Shown: positions 26,477 to 36,909 of the stretch, piece by piece
Numbering within the stretch: position 1 is the stretch's first letter
How the letters are laid out: each line of letters starts with the position of its first letter
Assembly: GCA_964532225.1 (NCBI GenBank)
Contig: CAZHHM010000001.1
Coordinates: 22,846-86,845, forward strand
Source of the DNA: an uncultured bacterium
GTDB lineage: Bacteria > Margulisbacteria > WOR-1 > JAKLHX01
Length of the DNA: 64,000 nt
Direction: 5' to 3'
Notes under the pieces: generated by a model
What the model was told of the DNA's origin: nothing
The model's input: the letters and a program-made list of their open reading frames with translations, nothing else
The model's database searches: none
Position numbers and translations under genes: made by a program

Positions 26477-29400
26477 CTAGTTGATAGGTATACCGAAGTT
26501 CAGGCTGGCTTTAAACCCACCCATTCTTTGATCGTATGGCAGAAAGTCCCAATTGAGTTTCTTGTCGGTGAATGATTCACCATTATTCCACATCCATGAA
26601 GCATCTAAATATACGTTGAATCTGCTGGCGCCATATCCTAATCTTCCGCCTACTTCAGTATAAATATACATGTTTCCGAAGTCGAGCAACCATGGTTTAC
26701 CCATATTGCCGTATTCCGCCCGGTATAGAACAGTATTTTGTGAATCGATCCTTCCTGACAGGAAAGAAGCACTCCCGAATAGTGAAGCGTAAGTCGATCT
26801 TGGCAGCCAAGATGACGGGACTCTCCATTCAGCAGAGAATGTGCCTCCGAAAGCTCCTTGAGCTTTGTCCGGCATCTCATCAGGGTTATCACCCAACAGG
26901 AACATAGATGAACCGAGCCTTTGATAGTTCTTGTAGAACAAGCTCAACGCCAGGTTGAAATTGGAGTCCTCATACTTCAGGGAGCCGGAAATGTCAGTAG
27001 ATATGTCCGTCTGAAGATTCCTTCTTAAGGCCTTTTGTGTGCCGCCGGCAGAGATGACCCTTTCGTCTTCTCCTTTATTAAGGTCCTTGAAATATATTGT
27101 CTTTTTAACTAGCCCCTGTTCGTCCCTTTCATATACAGTACGAATATAATACAATGGAAACGGATCTTCATTACTATTTTTCCCGATCACCGTGACCTTG
27201 GTTTCCCAGCTATTTGCCGTTATCGAGATCTCAGGCGCATTTGTATCTTCTATATACAAATCATCCGTGGCCTCGATCGGGGTCATTTGTGACAGATCTA
27301 TCGATGACAAGAGCGAAGCCTCCGGGAATGTGTCAAGAGGTGTTTCTACGGAGAAAGCATCGCTTGAATAGATGACACCACCGGAAGGGCCTAGTTTAGC
27401 GTAGGTTGCTTTACGCATGGTCTTCAGATTGATCTGCGTTGTTATGTCTTCATTTACTTCCGGTGGATGAGCGATAGGAATATCAACGGTTTTAATATTT
27501 GTTGTTATTGTAGCACCCAGATGCCAAATAAGATTTTCTCCTGTCCCGGTGGATTTCTTTTCGGGAATAAAATAAAACTTATTCCAGAATGTTTGAGGGT
27601 CTTCATTAGGTCTGTCCCATTTTGGAACCGAAACATCCTGAGTGAAGTACACAGGATATTGAGAAGGTGCCTGCCCCAAAATATTCCTCACCCATATTCC
27701 ATCATCCTTAGGTGGTATATAATCTTCCTGGTGAGTTACCACCCAATAGTAATACGGAATGCTGTTGTCGTGTCTGCCGACCGAGACCTTGCCTTTAAGC
27801 GTCCCGGAGAAGTAATCATTAAATCTTTGAGCGCCAGTAAAACCGAGCGACAGATTATAGGGCTGTGAATGTAACAGCGTTTCACCGTACATCGCTTTCG
27901 CTTGGGCGCCGAACTCCGCGTTGACGCTCATGTTCTTGCTGAACCTGTATTGTCCGTTGATCTGCAGCCGTTCCTCATCATTTTTCGGATTGTAGCCGTC
28001 CACTGTTCTTGAATATCCGCCGCCGACAGTGAACTTGCCGAAATCAAAGGTCGAACCAAAACCTTCATGCTTAACGGTTATCGGGTTGCCGGGTATCTGT
28101 ATGTTCATTCTGTCCAATGAATATGAAGGCTGCCAGTTAAGGTCCACGCCGCCGACAGAAAGATCTATATTTCCTGCCAAGTTCAGTTTAAGCGAATTTG
28201 TTGTCGGAGAACCTGCCGTTTTCCAAATATCGGAATTGCTTGCGGTCTGTACGCCGGCAGACAAGTAGGGCAGCGACAGCTTTGCGTCAACAAGGTTCCC
28301 GCTCGGCAGGTAAGAGATCCTTAAAGGCGTTGTCGCCCTTATCTGGCTGTCAAGCCACCAGTTGGCACCGTACTTGCGCAGCGACATATAGTCCTTGTAC
28401 GCTTCGAACGTCCTGCCGCTAGCCAGATTGAAGAGGCCCGAATCATACGCCCTCATGAAGAAGATGTACGGATCGGCCAGTTCCTCGGCCCTGGTCAGCT
28501 CTTTGTATCTAGCGTCAAGCGCGGCAGCCTCTTTTCTCGCGCGCAGGAGGTTGCCTTCCTCGAAGGCTTTCTTCGCCCTGTATTCTATCTCCGCAAGCTT
28601 GCGCAGATTGTCCTTCAGCTTTCCTCTCGTTTCCGGATCGCTGAGAATAGAGGCGTATATGGCCTCGGCCTTTTCGAAATTATCGTCCTCGGCATAATCC
28701 CTTGCCTGGTCGATATCAAGCTCGAAGCTGTCGAACGGTATGTTGTGGCGCCTGAACATATCAAGGAGAAGCTTGACATTGTCCCTTATCTGTATGGCCT
28801 TGCTCTTTTTCCTGTCGATGGACTGTATCCTTGCCGCGGAATTGAGCAGCTTGACCACGGTGATATAGTTGGTGTTGCCTATACCTGCCAGCGAAAGATA
28901 GGAATAGATGTCCTTTCTTTCGGAAGAGAATTCATCCGACAGCTTAAGGTCGGCAGGGGAGGACAGAGAAAAGAACTTCCTGGTGACCCTGCCGCTGCCG
29001 TCAAGATATCCGTTATCCTTAAGGTCAAGAGAAAGTTTTATCGCCGAGGCCGCGGGGTCATTGCTGAACAGCGGCTCGAACGTTTCCGGGCCTACCTTGG
29101 CCCCGACAGAGAAGAGCTTGTCCATTTCTGACTGGGCCTTTTCGATGTCCCCGGAATTGATCAGCGTTACGATGACCTTGGCTTTTATGTCATTGACCTT
29201 CTGATGGTCTTCAGGCATGCAGAGAAGCGCTGACTCGAACAGCCTGCCTGCCTGAGCGTTGCTTGATTCCGGGGAATCAATATCCTCAAGTCCCGCCACG
29301 GTCACGTTGTGGTCGTAAAAGTACGGGGCGAATATCAGGTAGATATCACCGAGAGCCTCATAGGCAAGCGCCCTGGTCGCGTCCTTTATCGAAGCGGCAG

Positions 29401-32400
29401 AGAGCACCCTGTTCAGGTTGGAGATGTATGTTGAAAGAGCGTCAAAATCGGAAGATACCTGCTCTTCCTTTATTATCCTTTTTTGCACATAGGACGTGTA
29501 TGACTTTGCCTGGTCGATAAGAATGCCGGCCCACTGGTCATAGCCGATCTTTGAGAAGATCTCCGCCTGACCGTAGGTGGCGACGGCCTCAAAATTTGTC
29601 GCTACGGTTTCAAAGCCCTCGGTTATCCTGGCCTTTAATGACAAAGCTTCCGCCATATCATAGTTGAGCAGATAACCTGCGCCGGTCACCGGGCCGATGT
29701 CGCTGAGTATGGAGTTGAACTCCTCGAACCTTCTGTCCAGGTTGACCAGCTCCAGGGAGCTGAAGTATCTTGTCCTGCAGTCGTGCAGGCCGGCCCTGGA
29801 GATCACCTCGCCGTAAGCCCTGGGATAAGCCCTGTCGGTAAGGAGCTTTGTTATCCCGCCTTCCGGCAGGGCGTTAAGATTGAACATGTTCTTGGTAATG
29901 GTGTCGAATTCGGTCCTGGCCATGCCGAGATACTGTTTTGACAGCTCGAGCTGCCTGTCAGCGTCCGCCCTTCTGGAAAATATGTTCTTGTCCATCAGCC
30001 AGATGTCAGCCGAGACCTGTGAGGACAGCAGGAAAGAATCGCTCCTCATCAGCTGCATGAACAGGTACTGCTTCTTGTCGTCATTCCTGAGATAGTGGCC
30101 GACAGATCCGAGCTTCGCGTCGAGCAAAGCGCCAAAAGCGTTGTTCGCTTTAAGGGTCTCGTTCAGGACCGTCCTTCTCCTGGTCTCGGAGGTCTCCTGG
30201 GAAGCGGCCACTGATCCCATCTTCAACAGATGCATGCAGATCTCGGCCGTCGCGGTCGCTTCGGCCGGTATGGTGGTTGCCGCCATGTTGCCCGCGACCT
30301 TTGATACCGTAGCCGTAAGGTCATTCTCCCTGCCGCCGAAGAACCTGGTGTAATGGTCGGCAGCGCTGGCATAAAGCTTTGTGTATCCCGGGTCGTTGGC
30401 CTCGGCCGCGCTGTACATGTCCATCTCAAAAGCCTGCCCGATGCCCTTATACGCCTTTATGACGAACAGTCTTTCATTGTCATCCGAGAGCGATGACACA
30501 GAATTCAGCTGGTCAACTATCCTGCCGGGATCGATCCCCGAAGGCATCGCTTCTTTCAGCGGGGAGACGTCGGACACTATGCCGATCTCAGTTGTTATGT
30601 CCGCATCGCGGCCTTTTAGCAGGGACGCGAATATTGACCTGCCCAGACCGTAAAGAGAAGGTTCTTTGCTGCGCGTAAGGGCTTCGGCCAGGCCGAACGC
30701 GGCATATTTCTTAATGGTCCTGTTATGAGGATCGAAGGTCTCGGGAAGCGGGCCGGATATGACCTCGATAAATGACCTGGCCGCAAGGAGTATCTCCCTG
30801 TCGTCGATCTCTTCCCTTGAAACGTAGTAGTTGCCTTTGCCAAGCACGGCCTGGAAATACATGTCGCTGTCGGTCCGCTTAATGTACGGGGTCTTTTCGA
30901 TGAGCTCCACAAAATCGAAAGCCCCCGCAAGCGACTCCACCGGCTGGCCGATGACATTATTAAGCATGGTCCTGTCGCTGTCGGAAAGAGAGACCTTCTC
31001 GCCTAAAAGCTTCATGTATATCTTTCCGGCGAGCTCGGACGTCGCCGAGTTCCTGGAAAGGATGTTGGCCAGTATCAGACATGATTTTTTCTTAAGATAA
31101 AGTTTTGTCTTGTCATTTTCGGGCACATTGTCAAGGAGCCTGACCGCCTCTTTAAGTGTAGAAAGAGCGTCCGCCGCTTTTTGTTTTGAGGCGTCATAGT
31201 CGTTATAGTTGAAGCTTGAAGAGGCCAGCGCCAGCTGTGCTTCGGATACGGACAGCATTGTCTCTGCTATGGACGCTTCAATATAGGACCTGCGCGGCAG
31301 CCGGAGGCTTTCAAACAGGCTTCTTGCTTTTCTCAGGTCTGCGATGGCGCTGTTCAGGTCTTCCGTGTCATATGACGCGAGGTTCTTTTCAAGGACTATC
31401 TGTCCTTTAAGCTTGTAAACTGCCGCGACATCAGGTATGACGAATTTCTTGTCTTTGACCTTCTGCGGGAGCCTGCCGAAATAGCTCTCCGATTCCTCTG
31501 CCAGGGCCAGGTCGTGGTTCCTTAAAATGAGCTTGAGCACAAGGATGTCGTCGCTTGTGCCGAGGCCGGTCCCGAAGAAGCTCTCGCCGAACGGGATGCT
31601 GTTCCCAAGCCTTTGATAGAACTTATCGGTCACTTTTCCGAAGCTGTCGATAAACCCTTCCCTGACCAGTCCGGCCCATACTGCCTTCTTGTCATCCCCG
31701 AGATCGTCAAGGTCTTTCAGCGTGATATTCACCTTTCCCGCAAGCAGACCGCCGAAAAAGGAGAGCGAGCCGTTCTCGAGCGATGCCTTAAGTTCGTACG
31801 GCTTGCACAAGGAGACAAGATTGGCAAGCCATATCCTGGCCCTTGCTTCCACAAGGGTCTTTTTGTTCACTAGAGATTCAGGGGCCGTGATTATGACCTG
31901 AGAAGAATATTCAAGCGACATGCTGATGTGCTTTAACGCGTCCCCAAGTATCTCCGGCTTCCTCTGGCTTTCCGGGGTAGGGTTGGAGTCTATCCATTCC
32001 TTAGATTCGAATATGCCCATGTTCAGATAAACATCCGAAAGGACCTGCATCATCTTTTGGTTTATACGGGCATATTCGGCCGCTATCAGGGAAGTAAGGC
32101 CTTTTGCCTTGTCGATGTTGTCCTTTGAGGCAAGCAGGGCCTTGAGATACACTTCGCTTGGGACGGGAGGCTTCTTGCCCTCGGCTTCAGCCTCTCTCGC
32201 GATCATATAGAGCTGAGCGTTTGACTGCATCATCTCGAACTCAATGCTCATATAGAGGTTCGCGAGCGATTTCTGTGCCTTCTGGTCGGCGGAAAGCGAA
32301 GCAAATATCTCTGACAGTGTCTGGAAAGATATCTGCCTGTTACCCGCCGCGACCGCGAGCCTGGACATCTTCCCGTTCTTGCCGATATCAGAGCCGTACG

Positions 32401-34219
32401 TTTCTGACAGCATCCCGAATAGCCGGTCAAATTCCGGTTCCTCCAGGAAATATCTTGTTCCGCTGGCCTGGATCTTTTTAAGGTACGCGAAAATGTCACG
32501 CACTTCTTTCATTACCTCGTCCTCATCTTGCAGGAAAACATCTCCGATGGTGCCGGTGGGCGTTCGTTTGTACATGTTCCTGAAAGACCTGACGGAGCTT
32601 TCGGAAAGGTCCGCTATCAGACCGCTGTTGTCGATAGCCCTTGAAAGAATAAGACTTGACCATACGTGGTCCCTAAGACCGTCATCACACGGCAGCTCGT
32701 CTTTGCTCGCGGTCCTCAGCAGTGCCCTGAGATGGTCTTTTTTTGTTTCAAATCCTGACAGCACCTTGTTCTTTTCGTCCAGAATCCCCGCGGCTTTAAG
32801 GTACCTGAAAAATGTGTAGCGGTTGTAATAGTCATACAGTATCTCTTTGCCAAGGGATTCCACTTGAGCGTCGGAGAAATATCCGGCAGGCTGATAATAA
32901 GAGAACAGATATGTTTCGGCGTCAACGCAGTGCCCGACCGCCGTGGTCAGAGCGGAGACCTTTCCTTTGGTGTCCAGCGCGTCATTGCCCGAATAGTTGA
33001 AGTTCGCCCTTGCAAGGTCAAGGTAGAGGCTGGCCTTGAGCCAAGGGTTCGTTGTAAGCATCTTGTCATGTTTCTGGTCGAAGAAAGACGTAACTTTTAT
33101 CCCGTCTATGACAGGGGATTCCTTGTCGTTCAATAGTTTGGTGAAGAAAGTCTTGGCTTCCGTTGCCTGGGCCGGCGACGGATCGTCAACATCGAGCAGG
33201 TCAAGCTCTTTCTCAAAGCCCTCTATCCCGATCAATTCCGCCTCCAGGAGAAGGAATGTTTTCGGGAGGTCCATTTTGACCCTCAGATCAGCGAAAAGCG
33301 GCTTGCAATGGGCAACAAAGGCGTTTATCAGCTTCGCGCGCTTGAACGGGTCGTTATGCTCCTTAGAATACAGCGCCGCAAGGTCTCTCTCTTTTTTGTC
33401 TTTTTGGTCCATCGTCAGGCCCCTCAACTCATCGTTGCCGGCGTAATACCTGCCGACCATGGACCGGGACTTTGAGAAAGCCTGCGCCCTGTTGTCGTTG
33501 CCCGACATTTCCGAATAGATCCTGAAAAGCATTGTCTCGGCCAGCAGAAGAGCGTCCTTTGCTTCGGCAAGAAGCTGCTTTATCCTTTTTTTGTTGTCCG
33601 GGTCGGATAGCTGGACATATCTGGCGTATCCCTTGCACGCTCTGGCCAGATGTATATACATGCTTACGGGGAACCAGGGAGAGGCGCTTTGATACTTGGT
33701 ATAAGGCCCGAAATCAGCGGGCTTATTCCTCTCCTTGTTCTTCGGTACTGTCATCTCTATAGTTTCGAAAGCGCAGTCCATTATCCTTACGCCAAAACGC
33801 TCGGCCCTGACAGAGAGCATCCTCTTCACGTTCTCATAAGCCAGTTCGAACATTTTCGGGTCGTCCTCGGCGGCCGTTAGGAGGTCCTGTATCTGTTGGT
33901 TAGGGCCGGACTTTGAAGGGGTCGATACGCCAAGAGGCCTTGCGACCAGATGGTCCTGTAACGCGAACTGTGAAATGATGGCCTGGAAATCAAGCCTTTG
34001 TTCGTACTTCCTCGGGTTAGAAAGGTCGATCCCGTAGGCCGTGCTGACATCCCCTTCATAGAAATCTTTTTCTATCGCGTTGATCTCATTTAGAAGGCTG
34101 TATGCCCGCGCAAAGACACGGCTGCCGTTCTCTGCCGGTTTCGGGTCATTTCCTTTTCCCGGCTTTTCCTGCGGGAAAGCCTGGAAGTCGGCCCCGACCT
34201 TTCTAATAATATTGAACAT
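26477..34219 (-). CDS. Giant hypothetical protein (2580 aa): long alpha-helical N-terminal ~2000 aa plus beta-strand-rich C-terminal ~500 aa; no signal peptide
   Basis: Single uninterrupted ORF. C-terminal alternating-hydrophobic strands (ITVKHEGFGSTFDFGKFTVGGGYSRTV, LQINGQYRFSKNMSVNAEFGAQA). Carries one copy of the shared NGYLDGSGRVTRKF module. Confidence 0.65.
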   Translation of the reverse strand: MFNIIRKVGADFQAFPQEKPGKGNDPKPAENGSRVFARAYSLLNEINAIEKDFYEGDVSTAYGIDLSNPRKYEQRLDFQAIISQFALQDHLVARPLGVSTPSKSGPNQQIQDLLTAAEDDPKMFELAYENVKRMLSVRAERFGVRIMDCAFETIEMTVPKNKERNKPADFGPYTKYQSASPWFPVSMYIHLARACKGYARYVQLSDPDNKKRIKQLLAEAKDALLLAETMLFRIYSEMSGNDNRAQAFSKSRSMVGRYYAGNDELRGLTMDQKDKKERDLAALYSKEHNDPFKRAKLINAFVAHCKPLFADLRVKMDLPKTFLLLEAELIGIEGFEKELDLLDVDDPSPAQATEAKTFFTKLLNDKESPVIDGIKVTSFFDQKHDKMLTTNPWLKASLYLDLARANFNYSGNDALDTKGKVSALTTAVGHCVDAETYLFSYYQPAGYFSDAQVESLGKEILYDYYNRYTFFRYLKAAGILDEKNKVLSGFETKKDHLRALLRTASKDELPCDDGLRDHVWSSLILSRAIDNSGLIADLSESSVRSFRNMYKRTPTGTIGDVFLQDEDEVMKEVRDIFAYLKKIQASGTRYFLEEPEFDRLFGMLSETYGSDIGKNGKMSRLAVAAGNRQISFQTLSEIFASLSADQKAQKSLANLYMSIEFEMMQSNAQLYMIAREAEAEGKKPPVPSEVYLKALLASKDNIDKAKGLTSLIAAEYARINQKMMQVLSDVYLNMGIFESKEWIDSNPTPESQRKPEILGDALKHISMSLEYSSQVIITAPESLVNKKTLVEARARIWLANLVSLCKPYELKASLENGSLSFFGGLLAGKVNITLKDLDDLGDDKKAVWAGLVREGFIDSFGKVTDKFYQRLGNSIPFGESFFGTGLGTSDDILVLKLILRNHDLALAEESESYFGRLPQKVKDKKFVIPDVAAVYKLKGQIVLEKNLASYDTEDLNSAIADLRKARSLFESLRLPRRSYIEASIAETMLSVSEAQLALASSSFNYNDYDASKQKAADALSTLKEAVRLLDNVPENDKTKLYLKKKSCLILANILSRNSATSELAGKIYMKLLGEKVSLSDSDRTMLNNVIGQPVESLAGAFDFVELIEKTPYIKRTDSDMYFQAVLGKGNYYVSREEIDDREILLAARSFIEVISGPLPETFDPHNRTIKKYAAFGLAEALTRSKEPSLYGLGRSIFASLLKGRDADITTEIGIVSDVSPLKEAMPSGIDPGRIVDQLNSVSSLSDDNERLFVIKAYKGIGQAFEMDMYSAAEANDPGYTKLYASAADHYTRFFGGRENDLTATVSKVAGNMAATTIPAEATATAEICMHLLKMGSVAASQETSETRRRTVLNETLKANNAFGALLDAKLGSVGHYLRNDDKKQYLFMQLMRSDSFLLSSQVSADIWLMDKNIFSRRADADRQLELSKQYLGMARTEFDTITKNMFNLNALPEGGITKLLTDRAYPRAYGEVISRAGLHDCRTRYFSSLELVNLDRRFEEFNSILSDIGPVTGAGYLLNYDMAEALSLKARITEGFETVATNFEAVATYGQAEIFSKIGYDQWAGILIDQAKSYTSYVQKRIIKEEQVSSDFDALSTYISNLNRVLSAASIKDATRALAYEALGDIYLIFAPYFYDHNVTVAGLEDIDSPESSNAQAGRLFESALLCMPEDHQKVNDIKAKVIVTLINSGDIEKAQSEMDKLFSVGAKVGPETFEPLFSNDPAASAIKLSLDLKDNGYLDGSGRVTRKFFSLSSPADLKLSDEFSSERKDIYSYLSLAGIGNTNYITVVKLLNSAARIQSIDRKKSKAIQIRDNVKLLLDMFRRHNIPFDSFELDIDQARDYAEDDNFEKAEAIYASILSDPETRGKLKDNLRKLAEIEYRAKKAFEEGNLLRARKEAAALDARYKELTRAEELADPYIFFMRAYDSGLFNLASGRTFEAYKDYMSLRKYGANWWLDSQIRATTPLRISYLPSGNLVDAKLSLPYLSAGVQTASNSDIWKTAGSPTTNSLKLNLAGNIDLSVGGVDLNWQPSYSLDRMNIQIPGNPITVKHEGFGSTFDFGKFTVGGGYSRTVDGYNPKNDEERLQINGQYRFSKNMSVNAEFGAQAKAMYGETLLHSQPYNLSLGFTGAQRFNDYFSGTLKGKVSVGRHDNSIPYYYWVVTHQEDYIPPKDDGIWVRNILGQAPSQYPVYFTQDVSVPKWDRPNEDPQTFWNKFYFIPEKKSTGTGENLIWHLGATITTNIKTVDIPIAHPPEVNEDITTQINLKTMRKATYAKLGPSGGVIYSSDAFSVETPLDTFPEASLLSSIDLSQMTPIEATDDLYIEDTNAPEISITANSWETKVTVIGKNSNEDPFPLYYIRTVYERDEQGLVKKTIYFKDLNKGEDERVISAGGTQKALRRNLQTDISTDISGSLKYEDSNFNLALSLFYKNYQRLGSSMFLLGDNPDEMPDKAQGAFGGTFSAEWRVPSSWLPRSTYASLFGSASFLSGRIDSQNTVLYRAEYGNMGKPWLLDFGNMYIYTEVGGRLGYGASRFNVYLDASWMWNNGESFTDKKLNWDFLPYDQRMGGFKASLNFGIPIN

Positions 34220-34229
34220 ATATCTCTTT

Positions 34230-36899
34230 CTATTCCATGGAGTTCAGCATGGATAATACCCCGACCCTGACCTCCATATTATCGGACTCGTTGGACAGGA
34301 CGATCACTTCCCTTATCCCCTTGATTATGTTCTTAGCCTTTATCCTGCTGCTTTCGTTGGATGACTCGTTCAGCAGAAGTCTGGCGTACTCCATGCCTAT
34401 CTGATAATAGGCAAGTCTTTCTTCCCATTTGCCGCCGCTGTAGAAATCCGCCTCGGAGTCCACTTTTATCTGTATTATAGTATCGTAAGCCTTCTCCATC
34501 GATTTCATTGCTTCGCGGACCGCGCTGTTCCTGTTTTCCGTGGAATTCAAAAGGCTTGCGGTCGCGAGCTTTAGTTGTGCCTCAAGCTGATATGATTGTG
34601 CCTGGAACAGCCAGAAGTTCTTTAGCTTGAACTGCTCGCTGGAAAGACCCTGTGTCGTGTACATAACTCCCTTGGCGAAATCTTTGAGGTTCAATATACC
34701 TTGAATATCTTTTATGAGAGCAGCGACCTTTTCTCTTGTGCTGTCTATGCTCTGCTTGGCAAAGACCGGATAAGAGTTCTTTATGCCATCACTTGACCAT
34801 GAATATATCTCGATGAGCTGGAGCATATGCCTGATATACAGCACTTCGGCCCTGATGGCGTTAAAGTTATCCCTGTACTTTGGCATCCAACCTGATTCCT
34901 TGAGACCGAACCAGCTGTCAAGCTTATCATCGACAACGGAATTGGAATACCGGTTGAAACCGGACGTGCAGTTCTTCAGGAGCTGATCCATATAGTCCAT
35001 GTCCGACCTTCTGAGCATGAAGCTCCTGTCATAGGACGGGACGCTCGCGATCATGACTATTATCTTCATTATCTGCAGGCTGTACCTTACCTTATAGCCA
35101 TACTCTTTTTCCTGAAGCTGTGAGAAAGCCCTCTCGAGCATGCCTTTTGCTTTCCATAAAAGCGCCACGGCATTTTTTGTGTCCTTTTTCTGGATGAACT
35201 CATTGATCTGGGCCATCATTACGTCTGAAGCAAGAATGACGGTCTCGTCGTAAGATTCCGGCCTTGCCCCGGATGTTGCCTTTAAGTAACCATTTTTCCT
35301 GCCGACATCCTCGAGAGGGCCGAGAGCTTCTTCGGCTGTCTTTATCGCTTTTTCGTACTGTCTGTCCTGAAAATATGCGCCGACAAGCTGATACTGGCCT
35401 TTTAATTTCGGGTCCCTGAAGCGGAAGCTCATCCTCCATCCGCCAAGATGTTCTATGTCTTTGGCGATATCCTCTTTTTCTTTGAACTTCATCCTAACTA
35501 TCACAACTCGGTCAAGAATGGTGCAGGTCTTGTGTTTCTCATCTCCGGTGAGAGTTGCAAGGCTTTTGTCGGCAACAAATTCTGCCCTTTTTCCGGAAAA
35601 ATGGGACAACAATCTGCCTTTTTTGTCAATATACTCGGAACGGATCAAGGCCTCCCAGATAGCAGCGCCTCTTTTTTCACCAAAGGTCCTGATGAACAGG
35701 CCTTTATTGACATATCCGATGTTCTTTTTCATCCACTCAAGGTCCAGGTCGACCTCGGGCGCTTCTTTGGGAACAATGACCGACCTTGTGCCTGAAAGCA
35801 CGGTCTTGATGTCCGTGCTGATGGCAGGGGAGACCGCAGCGAAGGCCTCTTTCAGGGCCTTCAGTGAAGAGGCGTCCATACCGTAGTCCTTATACGCTCC
35901 GCCTTCCTGTTTTGACAGGTTGAAAATAAAGAAACCGCTCAAGCCTTGTTCCCTGAAGTAACTGACGCTTTCCTTAAGGAACCTGGGCTTGAAGCCCGCA
36001 GGATCGTTCTTCTCCCTGTCGCATGAGAACTCGCCGATATAGATAGGTTTGTTGAACTGCCTTACCCTTGATATTGTAGGACCGAACAGCTCCGATGGGG
36101 ATCTGTACCGGCCCCCGTAGTCCTTAGTGTTGTAACCGTCAACCGAAACAAAATCCACCACATCGGCGCCCGGATAAAGCGAGGCTTCATTGCCGAAGTC
36201 GATGTTCACGTTATAGCCGAAAGTGATATTGCACCCGCCGGCCTCTCTCATGACGCGGACAACATGCCTGAAAGCCTTTTTAAACACTTCCGGGTCGTTC
36301 TTAGCTTCGATCGCCCATGGATAGGTCATTCCCATATTAGCCTCGTGGAACAGGATGACCTCGACAGGAACGCCTGCCTTTGCTGCTCCGACAGCAAAGT
36401 TCCTGATAAGGTGATCGAACTTTCCTTCGGCGATATCCTTCAAAGTAAAGGACCTGTCGTTTTCTCCGCCAAAGCTCCACGGCTCAAGCTTGATGCACAG
36501 CACTCCGCCCCTTGAGGCCATCATTTTTGCCTTTTCTGCAGGGAAGTCCAGGCCCAGAGAGAAAGGCTGGAACAGCAGCAGCTTATCAAGCTTCTGGCCT
36601 GTTGCCGATTCGTACTTGCCAATCGCGGCAATGAACTGATCGGTGCTTAGCTGAATGTCGCCAAGGAAAGCTCCGTTATAAAGTCCGTTGCTCACCACCT
36701 TGCGGCATTCGACCTGGATCTTTTGGGACTCCTGGGCAGGTTTTATCTGGCCGTTGCCCTTGCCGTTCTCGTCATTCTGGTCGATAAGCTGATCGGTCTC
36801 GTAGGGTCTCCGGCCGAGATCGTCAGCGATCTGCCTTTCCTTAAGGTCCGATAAGGACAGGGAATTTACTGCTCCCGCATTCACTTTATTTATCTGCAT
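34230..36899 (-). CDS. GH26-like (clan GH-A) glycoside hydrolase domain protein with a long uncharacterised alpha-helical C-terminal region (889 aa); no signal peptide
   Basis: ILFHEANMGMTYPW (cf. GH26 HEMN acid/base motif) and PIYIGEFSC (nucleophile-like xIGE). The N-terminal DENGKGNGQIK loop resembles the N-termini of the 924- and 331-aa proteins. Confidence 0.55.
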   Translation of the reverse strand: MQINKVNAGAVNSLSLSDLKERQIADDLGRRPYETDQLIDQNDENGKGNGQIKPAQESQKIQVECRKVVSNGLYNGAFLGDIQLSTDQFIAAIGKYESATGQKLDKLLLFQPFSLGLDFPAEKAKMMASRGGVLCIKLEPWSFGGENDRSFTLKDIAEGKFDHLIRNFAVGAAKAGVPVEVILFHEANMGMTYPWAIEAKNDPEVFKKAFRHVVRVMREAGGCNITFGYNVNIDFGNEASLYPGADVVDFVSVDGYNTKDYGGRYRSPSELFGPTISRVRQFNKPIYIGEFSCDREKNDPAGFKPRFLKESVSYFREQGLSGFFIFNLSKQEGGAYKDYGMDASSLKALKEAFAAVSPAISTDIKTVLSGTRSVIVPKEAPEVDLDLEWMKKNIGYVNKGLFIRTFGEKRGAAIWEALIRSEYIDKKGRLLSHFSGKRAEFVADKSLATLTGDEKHKTCTILDRVVIVRMKFKEKEDIAKDIEHLGGWRMSFRFRDPKLKGQYQLVGAYFQDRQYEKAIKTAEEALGPLEDVGRKNGYLKATSGARPESYDETVILASDVMMAQINEFIQKKDTKNAVALLWKAKGMLERAFSQLQEKEYGYKVRYSLQIMKIIVMIASVPSYDRSFMLRRSDMDYMDQLLKNCTSGFNRYSNSVVDDKLDSWFGLKESGWMPKYRDNFNAIRAEVLYIRHMLQLIEIYSWSSDGIKNSYPVFAKQSIDSTREKVAALIKDIQGILNLKDFAKGVMYTTQGLSSEQFKLKNFWLFQAQSYQLEAQLKLATASLLNSTENRNSAVREAMKSMEKAYDTIIQIKVDSEADFYSGGKWEERLAYYQIGMEYARLLLNESSNESSRIKAKNIIKGIREVIVLSNESDNMEVRVGVLSMLNSME

Positions 36900-36909
36900 A
36901 GCGCACCTC